Both the position numbers and the translations under genes were made by a program. From Acidobacteriota bacterium (lineage in GTDB: Bacteria; Acidobacteriota; UBA4820; DSQY01), in assembly GCA_049967655.1 (NCBI GenBank), contig JBMFSH010000023.1, positions 1-43,222 on the forward strand: a stretch of DNA of 43,222 nucleotides, written 5' to 3'. This document shows, piece after piece, positions 1 to 7,861 of the stretch. A model generated the notes under the pieces. It saw nothing but the letters and a program-made list of their open reading frames with translations, ran no database searches and was not told where the DNA came from. Position 1 is the stretch's first letter; each line of letters opens with the position of its first letter.

Positions 1-24
1 TCCAGGAGACAACGCCTTTCCCCG

Positions 25-225
25 GTGAACCCGAGCGGTAGTCGGAGGCACCCGCGTTTCCATCGCGGAATTTGGGAATTGCTGCGAGAAGGAGCGCGCC
101 ACTCCTGGTGGCACAACCCGTCTCTGCACAAGCGCTCCGCCATTCCCCGGCACATCGAGATCGTGGATCAGCTCGCGGCGAAGATCTGCCGCGACCTCGG
201 GGTACCCACGCCGAAGAAGCCCTGA
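25..225 (+). CDS. hicA: HicA-family toxin, diverged N-terminus (possibly degenerate)
   Basis: C-terminal two-thirds ELLREGARHSWWHNP...SAIPRHIEI...AKICRDLGVP fits the HicA/YcfA pattern (G-x-H, then PRH). The N-terminal helix is proline-rich and atypical. The GTG start overlaps a TGA at 26-28, possibly the end of an upstream gene. Confidence 0.65.
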   Translation: MNPSGSRRHPRFHRGIWELLREGARHSWWHNPSLHKRSAIPRHIEIVDQLAAKICRDLGVPTPKKP

Positions 226-594
226 GTTATTCCTCCAAATCCGCCACCGTTCTCGCAGCGGTGCCCCCCCTTTTTACCGCATACCCGCCATCCTTCTCCT
301 GGCCGTCCTTCCGGCGACCGCAGGGAGTCCGGAATCGCGTGTTTCACCCACTCACCCACTCACGGCGCGAACCCCGAAGCGCTTCACCTGCCGGGGTGAC
401 CGGCTGAAAAAGCCGCAGCGGCCGCGTGCGTGCGGCCGATCACCGCTCCGCCGCCGCGCCCGGCTGCCTTGCGGCCAGAGTGTCGGTTGGCCTGCGCGCT
501 GGCAAAGCCAGGCGCTCGGCCGTGCCGTCCGCGCTCGCGCCTCGCCCGGCTCGGCGCGCGACATCTCGAGCGCCAATGCCTTCTCGCGTCAGGC

Positions 595-631
595 TGGACA
601 AGCCCGGTAGTACACGTTATACATGTTGTAC
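595..631 (+). promoter_or_regulatory. Putative sigma70 promoter and operator of the TA operon
   Basis: TGGACA (595-600), 17 nt, TATACA (618-623). The inverted repeat GTACA-N12-TGTAC (610-631) overlaps the -10, as expected for antitoxin autorepression. Confidence 0.5.
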
Positions 632-644
632 GAGGAGGCCGCCC

Positions 645-920
645 ATGATCGGTGTCCGGCTGGACAAAGAGACGGAAGACCGGCTCGAACGGTTGGCGAA
701 GGAGACGCGCAGGAGCAAGAGCCACTATGTGAAAGAGGCCATCGCCCAGTATCTCGCGGAGAAGGAGGACGTTCTTCTCGCCGTCGCCCGCCTGGAAAAA
801 GGCGAAACGCCGGTTTCCGCCGAAGAGTTATGGAAGAGCCTCGGTTGGGACCAACGGCGCGCAGCCGCGCCGAAGAAGCCCGTCCGCCGTTCCGCCCCGC
901 GCAAGAAGGCCGAGAAGTGA
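645..920 (+). CDS. Ribbon-helix-helix (CopG/RelB-like) antitoxin
   Basis: SD GAGGAGG, then ATG at 645. MIGVRLDKETEDRLERLAKETRRSKSHYVKEAI is an RHH pattern. GTGA overlap with the toxin gene. Confidence 0.85.
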   Translation: MIGVRLDKETEDRLERLAKETRRSKSHYVKEAIAQYLAEKEDVLLAVARLEKGETPVSAEELWKSLGWDQRRAAAPKKPVRRSAPRKKAEK

Positions 921-1195
921 AGCCCGCTTGGAGGGGCCTATGGGACCCTGAAACGGCCAAGGACTTGAGGCGCCTCGGCCGCCCGGCGGCGGAGCGCATC
1001 CGCGAGGCCGTACTTTCGCGCCTCACCAAGAACCCCCATCTCGGCAGTCCCTTGGAAAGCACTGCACGGTGGCCTCTCTTCCGTTTCCGCGTGGGCGACT
1101 ACCGTGTCGTCTACACCCTGCACGAGGAGGAGCTGGTCATCCTCGTCTTGCGAATCGGCCATCGCCGCGAGGTCTATCGCCGCCTGCCTGGATGA
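917..1195 (+). CDS. relE: RelE/ParE-family toxin
   Basis: GTG start coupled to the antitoxin stop. FRFRVGDYRVVY...LVLRIGHRREVY is the RelE C-terminal signature. Confidence 0.9.
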   Translation: MKPAWRGLWDPETAKDLRRLGRPAAERIREAVLSRLTKNPHLGSPLESTARWPLFRFRVGDYRVVYTLHEEELVILVLRIGHRREVYRRLPG

Positions 1196-1205
1196 TGCGC
1201 CCCCC

Positions 1206-1220
1206 GCCTGCTTCGCAGGC
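1206..1220 (+). terminator. Short GC hairpin downstream of relE, the likely IIC intron target stem-loop
   Basis: GCCTGC-TTC-GCAGGC, 13 nt upstream of the intron 5' end. No strong U-tract. Confidence 0.55.
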
Positions 1221-1233
1221 CCTCCATTCACTG

Positions 1234-2110
1234 GTGTGCCGGGCATGTTCAGCAGCTTGGGGGTGCAAGTCCCCTACCCAACCTGATGGAGGTGAAGGGT
1301 TAGCGAAGCGCAAGGGCGTCACCGTGAGGTGGGGTCTGAAGGAAGCGTGGAGCAAACGCGCGGGCCGATGGACAAGAACCAGATAAGGGGCCCATCTCCG
1401 CAAGCTGCGAAGCAGCGAGCGGGAGGGCCCTCCGGTGGAGGGTCCGATAGATGGGATTGCGTGAGCGCCGGACGAGCGGGCCAGTGACCGCGAAGTCCAT
1501 ATCCATCAAGGGCGCAAAGCGACAATCTGGCGGTAGTGCGCGGAAGGCGGCTGGACTTACCCCGGGAGGCCTGCGCCGTGTCCCGGAATCGGGACTGGGA
1601 AAGCCGCGAGGCTCTCCGATCGCGGTGCAGGAGTCAGCAGAGGGCATAGTAGGGGAGAGGTTTCCCGAAGGCCCGAACGGTGGGAGAGGCGAGTAGGACG
1701 CGGCCATGGCGGATGCAGAGCGGCGGAAAATCCGGGGTGACCTGACCTTCGAAGCGACGCTTGAGGGTGAAGCCCGAGGGCGCGTGGAGGGAAGGGCCGA
1801 AGCGGCTACCGCAGGGCGCGGGACCGAAAGCCCGGCGGAAACAGCGCGGCTCATGGAGAAAGTGCTGGCGGCGGAGAATCTAGGGTGTGGGCAAGCAACT
1901 GTCGGCGAGACCTGCCGGTAGCGCGCACCGCCCCTGGCGCATCAGCAAAAGCCCAGCATTAAGCTACGCTCTTCCCAACGCCTTCTTCACGAGACTCGGC
2001 CTGCCCTCTCTCGCACCGGGCTGAGCGCACAACTCACCGAACCGCCGTGTACGGACCCTTACGCACGGTGGTGTGACAGGGAAAGCCCACGAGGGCTTAT
2101 CTATGCCGAT
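1234..2110 (+). mobile_element. Group IIC intron ribozyme, effectively ORF-less
   Basis: 5' end GTGTGCCGGGCATG. Class C landmarks GTTAGC..CGCAAGGG..TCTGAAGGAAGCG, CTTACCCCGGGAGG and GAGTCAGCAGAGGGCATAGTA. Short D5 with CGC triad, GAACCGCCGTGTACGGACCCTTACGCACGGTGGTGT (2039-2074). D6 ends ...CTATGCCGAT. EBS1 region CAGTGA (1482-1487) is complementary to the 5' exon TCACTG (1228-1233). Confidence 0.93.
1706..2024 (+). pseudogene. ltrA: Internally deleted intron-encoded RT/maturase
   Basis: The N-terminal piece ends LMEKVLAAENL (typical IEP start). It is joined out of frame at ~1882-1884 to GVGKQLSARPAGSAHRPWRISKSPALSYALPNAFFTRLGLPSLAPG* (typical class C IEP C-terminus, stop 2022-2024). No RT core or YADD. 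Confidence 0.85.
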
Positions 2111-2192
2111 TGGGCAGAGAGGCCCTCCGGGAGCTATTCTGCGGGGCTGGCCGCGACCCGAATGGTCAACGGATCGGCTTAGTCGGCTGGGA

Positions 2193-4517
2193 TTAGGTGC
2201 GGAGATTGAGCAGGAGGTAGCCCCCGGCGCAGCCGAAGAGGATGGCCGGAGCCCAGACGGCCAGGGCTGGGTTGAGCCAGTCCATGGCGCCTACGGAGTT
2301 GAAGATCGCCATCATGACGTAGTAGGCGATGGAGAGGCCCAGGGCGATAGCCATGCCGTACAGCGAGCCTCGGCGGCCCGTTGCGAAGGCGAAGGGAAGC
2401 CCCAGCAGGAGGAGAATCAGGGGGGCCAGGGCGTCGGGGAGCTTCTCGTAGTAATCAACCACCTGCTGCCGCGACGGGTACCCCTTGGCTCGCAACTCGC
2501 GAATCAGGGCCTTGAGCTCCCGGGAGGAGAAGTACTGCCCCTCCAGGAAGGCCGGCGCCACGAAGTAGTGCAGTGGCAGGCCCAGTTGCCGGGTGCCCTT
2601 GGGCAGCTCTTTGAACACGGGTGAGCCACCGCGCCGCCAGCTCCATCCCTCTGTGAAAGCAAGGTCTCCGGGGTCGGAGCTGGGTGCGGGAAAGTGGGCC
2701 TGTTTGGCGAAAAAGCGCGAATCGAGCCTGAAGCGCTCGGGAGAGAAACGGTACTCCGAAAAGCCCTGGAAACTCTTGGTGCGCGAGTCGTAGTGGTTGT
2801 AGTGGAAGAGGACGTGGCGGTCGGGGGCGAAAAGCCAGACGTCCATGGTGCTGGAAAGGTTTCGGCCCACGAGTCCCTTGATGTGATCGCGCGTGGACTG
2901 CGCCCTGCGGCTCGTTCCAGGCACCACGGCCTCGCCCATAGCCCAGAGGAACAGGCAGGCCGCGGCGGCCAGGGCGAAGGCCGGAAGGCTGATGCGGTAG
3001 ACGGAGACTCCCGAGGCCTTCATGGCCAGGATCTCGTTGGTGCGCTCCAGTACCCCGAAGGTGACGAGGACGGTCATAAGGACGGCCAGGGGGACGAGCA
3101 TGACCAGGACGCCCGGGGATTGGTTGAGAAGATAGCTCCCCAGGAGCTTTAGCTTTTGGCTCCCGGTGATGAACTCCGAGAGGCCCCGTATCTCGATGAT
3201 CCAGTCCAGCAGGAGGACTGAGGAGCTGATGAGCAGGAAGGTCTTCAGCATCCTGGCGAGAAGGTACCGATCCAGGATAGGCAGCCCTCGGCCGGCGGCG
3301 ATTTTCGGCGATTCGGGCGGAGCCGCGCCGGAGGCCGCCTTCTCCTGGCGGGCCGGAAAGAGAAGGGCGAGGGGGCGCATCCAGGTCGGCGTCGTGATGC
3401 GGTCCCGCGTGGTCACCAGGAGGAGGCCCACGAGCATCAGCAGCAGGTCGGGCAACCAGGCGGCCAGGGAGGGGGTCAGCCGCCCCGCCTGGGCCATGTC
3501 GCCGAGGGCTGAGGTGAGAATCCAGTATCCCAGGAGCACGATGAGCGAGAGGCTGAAGCCGGCCCCCTTGCCGCCGCGGGTGTTGACCATGCCGAGCGGG
3601 ACGCCGATGAGCACGAAGAAGAGGGGCACCAGGGAGGCCGACAGCCGGCGGTTGATCTCGTAAAGCAGGGCGTAGCGCTGCCTCCGGATCAGGGCGGGAT
3701 CGCTCTCCTGGGGCGGCAGGTTCAGCGCGCCCAGGAGCTCGGCCGTGGAGTACTCCATGATCCCCTTCTGCGGGGGGCTGACCTGCCCCCCCTGGGTTTC
3801 GACGGTCAGGGCCTGTTCCCGGAAGGTGGAGGTCTGGACGGTGCCGGGTCGCTTCCGGTCGAACTGGACCGTCTCCCCGTCGGAGAGGAGGAACTGGAGG
3901 CTCTGACCGTCCGCCGAGCGGATGGCCCGGCCGTAATCCGCCAGGGTGAGCAGGTCCTGGGAGGGGCTCCCGTGCTGGAAGACTAGGATGTGCTCGTATC
4001 GGCCCGCCTTTACGTCGGCCCGGCCGGCGTAGAGCAGGACGCCCGGAATCCTGTCGAAGAAGACCCCCGGTCGCAGCAGCCGCACGACGTTGAGCCCCTG
4101 GCTCGCCTCCGACTGGATCTCGTCCGAGGCGCTGCGGCTGGCGGGGATGAGCCAGAGATTGATGGCCAGCAGCAGGAGAGTCATGACCGAGGCGAACAGA
4201 AGGGGCGAGGTCAGGAGCCGGGTGCTGGAGACCCCGCCCGCCCTGAGGGCGATGATCTCGCTGTCTCCCGAGAGCCGGCTGAAGGCGATGATGGTACCCA
4301 GGAGGAGTGCCACGGGGAGGGTGTAGCTGAGCAATCCCGGCAGTCCCAGGAGGAAGAGCATGCCCGAGGCCCCCGCCGAGAGCCCCTGCTGGATCACCAG
4401 GCTGGCCAACTGGAAGAGCAGGTTGATCAGGAACAGGAAGGAGTAAACCACGAGGCCGATCAGGAAAGGCCCCGTCATCTCCTTCAGCACGTAGCGATGC
4501 AGAATCTTGAGGTTCAA
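2193..4517 (-). CDS. lptFG: Fused LptF-LptG LPS export ABC permease
   Basis: Two tandem YjgP/YjgQ units (ILHRYVLKEM...DSEIIALRAGGVS and ILDRYLLARM...TNEILAMKASGVS). Likely TTG start at 4517 after SD GGAGG. Confidence 0.9.
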   Translation of the reverse strand: MNLKILHRYVLKEMTGPFLIGLVVYSFLFLINLLFQLASLVIQQGLSAGASGMLFLLGLPGLLSYTLPVALLLGTIIAFSRLSGDSEIIALRAGGVSSTRLLTSPLLFASVMTLLLLAINLWLIPASRSASDEIQSEASQGLNVVRLLRPGVFFDRIPGVLLYAGRADVKAGRYEHILVFQHGSPSQDLLTLADYGRAIRSADGQSLQFLLSDGETVQFDRKRPGTVQTSTFREQALTVETQGGQVSPPQKGIMEYSTAELLGALNLPPQESDPALIRRQRYALLYEINRRLSASLVPLFFVLIGVPLGMVNTRGGKGAGFSLSLIVLLGYWILTSALGDMAQAGRLTPSLAAWLPDLLLMLVGLLLVTTRDRITTPTWMRPLALLFPARQEKAASGAAPPESPKIAAGRGLPILDRYLLARMLKTFLLISSSVLLLDWIIEIRGLSEFITGSQKLKLLGSYLLNQSPGVLVMLVPLAVLMTVLVTFGVLERTNEILAMKASGVSVYRISLPAFALAAAACLFLWAMGEAVVPGTSRRAQSTRDHIKGLVGRNLSSTMDVWLFAPDRHVLFHYNHYDSRTKSFQGFSEYRFSPERFRLDSRFFAKQAHFPAPSSDPGDLAFTEGWSWRRGGSPVFKELPKGTRQLGLPLHYFVAPAFLEGQYFSSRELKALIRELRAKGYPSRQQVVDYYEKLPDALAPLILLLLGLPFAFATGRRGSLYGMAIALGLSIAYYVMMAIFNSVGAMDWLNPALAVWAPAILFGCAGGYLLLNLRT

Positions 4518-4789
4518 CGCGCCTCCCGGGAGACCATGGTACCGCCCGCCGCCCCTCGAACGGAAGGGAAGGTCCCGAATTCCGCGATGGGGGCGGGAAG
4601 GGGCTGGTCTGAGGGTGTTCGTGGGGAGGAACAGGGACACGGAGGAGCCTGGAATCTGGCTCCCATCGATGGTTTGGCGTCCCCCATCTCGTGTCTCGCC
4701 CTCCCCTGTCGTTTGACCGCCATGGACACCCCGCCTACACTGTTTGGGCACCATGTCCTTGAAGAGGGCCGGTGCTCAGGAGGATCGGT

Positions 4790-6502
4790 ATGCGCAAGCT
4801 CAAGATGGCAGGGCTGTTCGTTCTGGTCTTATGGGTGGGCCTCACTCCCGTGGCGGCCCGCACCAAGGTGGGCGAGACCATCGACGTCCGAGTCGGCTCG
4901 CCGCACCCCATCCAGGCGAAATCGTGGCATCAGGAGCTGGCGTTCCCCGGCTCCACCTTCGTGAAGCTCCACTTGGCCAAGCTCGCTCTCGGCCCCAAGG
5001 ACGTGCTGCTGGTGATGGACGGAACGGGGAAGGAAATCTACCACCACGAGGGGTCGCTGACCGAAGGGACCTGGATCCCGGCGGTCCTCACCCAGGTCGT
5101 AACCCTGGAGATCCGGGCAGCCAAGGGCTCCAATCCCTGGGGCGTGGAGATCGACCGGGTGGGCTTCGGCTTCGCCCCGCTCGCCGAGGCCGCACTCGTG
5201 CCCGAGTCCATCTGCGGGAACAACGACATGCAGGACGCCGCCTGCTACGCCGGCGACGCCGGCAAGACGCGGGCGGGCGAAGCGGTGGGGCGCATGCTCT
5301 TTCAGGAGGGGGGAGCCTGGTATCTCTGCACCGGCTTCCTCGTGTCCAAGTACAATCATTTCTTGACCTGCAATCACTGCATCAGCGACCAGTCGGGCGC
5401 GAACTCGCTGGAGGTCTGGTGGGAGTACCAGACGCCCGCCTGCGGCTCCGGGACGGCGGCCTACGCTTCCGCCAGCGACGGCGCCACTCTGGTCACCACG
5501 AACTACGACCTGGACTACTCCCTGCTGGCCTTCTCCAACGACAACCCCGCCCAGCGCTACGGTTGGCTCACCCTGAGCGGCGCCGCGCCCACGGTGGGCG
5601 AGACCATGTGGATCGCGGGCCATCCCGGCGGGCAGCCCAAGCAGTTCTCTGTCAACTCCGACATGGACGGCGGCCTGGCCAAGGTGGACGGCGTGGGGCT
5701 AACCGGCAACGTGCCCGGCAGCGACATCGGCTACTACGCGGACACGGAGGGCGGCTCCTCGGGCTCGCCCGTGATGGACGACGCCACCAACCTGGTCATC
5801 GCCCTTCACCACTTCGGGATCAGCGGGTATACGTGCACGAGCACCGACATGAACCAGGGCGTGGAGATGGCGCAGATCCTTCCGGAGATCGCGTCCTACA
5901 TCAGTCAGCCCTACTTCGGGGTGACCGCCAGCGCCTCCGTGGGCCAGGGCGACGTCCCTCTCACCGTGGATTTTACGGCCCAGCCCGTCCAGGGAACGGC
6001 CCCCTACACGTACGACTGGGACTTCGGGGACGGCTCGGCCCACGGGAGCGGTCCCTCGGTGAGCCACACCTACACCGCAGCCGGCAACTTCACGGTTGTC
6101 CTCACGGCCACCGATGGTTCCGGCGCCACTGCCACGGACAACCACCTCTTGATCACTGTGAGCGTCACTTCTCCCACCATCAGCGGTGTCAAGAAGCTGC
6201 AGAACCCCTTCCGCCTGAAGGTCCTGGGCACGCTCTTCCAAGACGGGGCGAAGGTACTCATCGGCGGGACCGAGGTGCCCGAAACGACCTTCAAGAATGC
6301 CGGGACCCTGATCGCCAAGAAGGGCTCTGCCCTCAAAACCATGGTGCCCAAGGGCCAGGTCGTCTCCATCCAAGTCCAAAACCCCGACGGCGGCGCCTCG
6401 GCGCCCTTCTCCTACCAGCGGGCAGCCCCGGCGACGCTCTCTCCGGGCGGGCAGGGAACGCTCCCGCGGCCCAAGGGGGCCGTGCCCAGGGACCTCGAGT
6501 AG
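4790..6502 (+). CDS. Secreted trypsin-like serine protease with PKD domain and C-terminal IPT/TIG-like domain
   Basis: Signal peptide. Triad motifs LTCNHC, DYSLL, GGSSGSP. PKD motif YDWDFGDG...SHTYTAAG. SD AGGAGG before ATG 4790. Confidence 0.88.
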   Translation: MRKLKMAGLFVLVLWVGLTPVAARTKVGETIDVRVGSPHPIQAKSWHQELAFPGSTFVKLHLAKLALGPKDVLLVMDGTGKEIYHHEGSLTEGTWIPAVLTQVVTLEIRAAKGSNPWGVEIDRVGFGFAPLAEAALVPESICGNNDMQDAACYAGDAGKTRAGEAVGRMLFQEGGAWYLCTGFLVSKYNHFLTCNHCISDQSGANSLEVWWEYQTPACGSGTAAYASASDGATLVTTNYDLDYSLLAFSNDNPAQRYGWLTLSGAAPTVGETMWIAGHPGGQPKQFSVNSDMDGGLAKVDGVGLTGNVPGSDIGYYADTEGGSSGSPVMDDATNLVIALHHFGISGYTCTSTDMNQGVEMAQILPEIASYISQPYFGVTASASVGQGDVPLTVDFTAQPVQGTAPYTYDWDFGDGSAHGSGPSVSHTYTAAGNFTVVLTATDGSGATATDNHLLITVSVTSPTISGVKKLQNPFRLKVLGTLFQDGAKVLIGGTEVPETTFKNAGTLIAKKGSALKTMVPKGQVVSIQVQNPDGGASAPFSYQRAAPATLSPGGQGTLPRPKGAVPRDLE

Positions 6503-6601
6503 GACGGCGGGAGCGGCTTCTAGAACCGCCGGGTGCGAGGGTGCCGCGGGGCGGCGGCCGGATGGCCTGGAGAAACCGTTGGCGGAAGAGGGGAGGGGAG
6601 C

Positions 6602-7783
6602 GTGAAGCTGGCTTCGGGCGCGGCCATCGCCGCCAAGGGGGGCGTCCTCAACGCCCTCTGGACCTTCCCCTCCATCATCGGCAGCGCCCTCATGCTGGCC
6701 TGGGCCGCCGAGTCGGCCCAGTTCTTCATCTCACAGGGTCTCTCGCTCGCGATCCTGGCCTGGGTGCAGACCCTGCCCGAGTTCGCCGTGGAGGCCGTCA
6801 TCGCCTGGGAGGCCCCGCGCACGCCCCACGGCATCGCCCTGATCTCCGCCAACTTCACGGGCGCCATCCGCCTCCTCATCGGCCTGGGCTGGCCCATGAT
6901 CTACGCCACCGCCGCCCTCTTTCACCGACGCAAGCACCGGCGCCCGCTGAAGGCCATCCACCTGGAGAAGGAGCACAGCGTGGAGGTGGTGGGGCTCATC
7001 GCCTCCATGGCCACCTTCGTGGTCATCGCGGCCAAGGGCACCCTGACGATCTGGGACGGCCTCATCCTCATGGCCGCCTACGGCCTCTACATGGTCGTGC
7101 TCAACAAGATTCCGCCCAAGGAGGCGGAGTCGCCCGAGGAGGAGGAGTGGCCGGTGCGGCGCATCATCGTCATGCCCAAGGTCCGGCGCGTGCTCACCAT
7201 CACGGGCCTCTTCGTGGGCGGCGCCGTGATCATCTACTTCACGGCCGAACCCTTCCTCCACTCCCTGCTGATCCTCGCCGCCTCCCTCGGCGTCTCCCAG
7301 TACGTCTTCGTCCAGTGGGTCGCCCCCTTCCTCAGCGAGTTCCCCGAGAAGGTCTCGGCGCTCTACTGGGCCCGCAAGGTGACCGGGGCCCCCATGGCCC
7401 TCATGAACATGGTCTCCTCCAACATCAACCAGTGGACCATGCTCGCCGGCATGATCCCCTTCGTCTTCGCCCTCTCCGCGGGGCACGTCGGCCCCATCGT
7501 CTTCGATTCCGAACAGCGCATGGAGATCATCCTGACCCTCGCCCAGTCCGCCTTCGCCATGTCCCTCCTCGTCAACATGAGCTTCGCCTGGCACGAGGCC
7601 CTCGTCTTGTTTGTCCTGTGGCTCGCCCAGTTCCTCGTCCCCGGCCTCCGCGAAGGGGTCACCTTCCTCTACCTCGCCTGGTTCCTCTTCGAGGTGATCA
7701 CCTGGCTGGTGTGCTACCGCAAGCCCATCGCCTTCACCGAGTTCGGCCGCCTCTTCAGGGCACGCGTTTTGGGGCGGCCCTGA
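6602..7783 (+). CDS. Ca2+/cation antiporter (CaCA, Na_Ca_ex)
   Basis: About 10 TM segments with two alpha-repeat motifs, QTLPEFAV...SANFTGA and SEFPEK...SSNINQ. GTG start after GGAGGGG. Confidence 0.8.
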   Translation: MKLASGAAIAAKGGVLNALWTFPSIIGSALMLAWAAESAQFFISQGLSLAILAWVQTLPEFAVEAVIAWEAPRTPHGIALISANFTGAIRLLIGLGWPMIYATAALFHRRKHRRPLKAIHLEKEHSVEVVGLIASMATFVVIAAKGTLTIWDGLILMAAYGLYMVVLNKIPPKEAESPEEEEWPVRRIIVMPKVRRVLTITGLFVGGAVIIYFTAEPFLHSLLILAASLGVSQYVFVQWVAPFLSEFPEKVSALYWARKVTGAPMALMNMVSSNINQWTMLAGMIPFVFALSAGHVGPIVFDSEQRMEIILTLAQSAFAMSLLVNMSFAWHEALVLFVLWLAQFLVPGLREGVTFLYLAWFLFEVITWLVCYRKPIAFTEFGRLFRARVLGRP

Positions 7784-7861
7784 AGGCCCTTCGGCGCCGG
7801 TTTGGCTCTTCGGAGCGAGTGGTTTAGAGAGGGGCAGTCTCGGCTGGCTGGGTGGCTGGAG

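Noticed and set aside
605..632. AT-rich palindrome as a dif site
   Set aside because: Lacks the XerD arm TTATGTTAAAT. Better explained as the TA promoter and operator.
226..1233. TA genes as integron cassettes with an attC-targeting IIC intron
   Set aside because: No RYYYAAC...GTTRRRY attC pairs found. The intron target is hairpin plus ACTG, not the attC TTGT/T site.
4744..7827. 1027-aa + strand ORF spanning the protease and exchanger genes
   Set aside because: Arg/Pro/Gly-rich shadow frame caused by high GC3. The overlapped frames carry clear family motifs.
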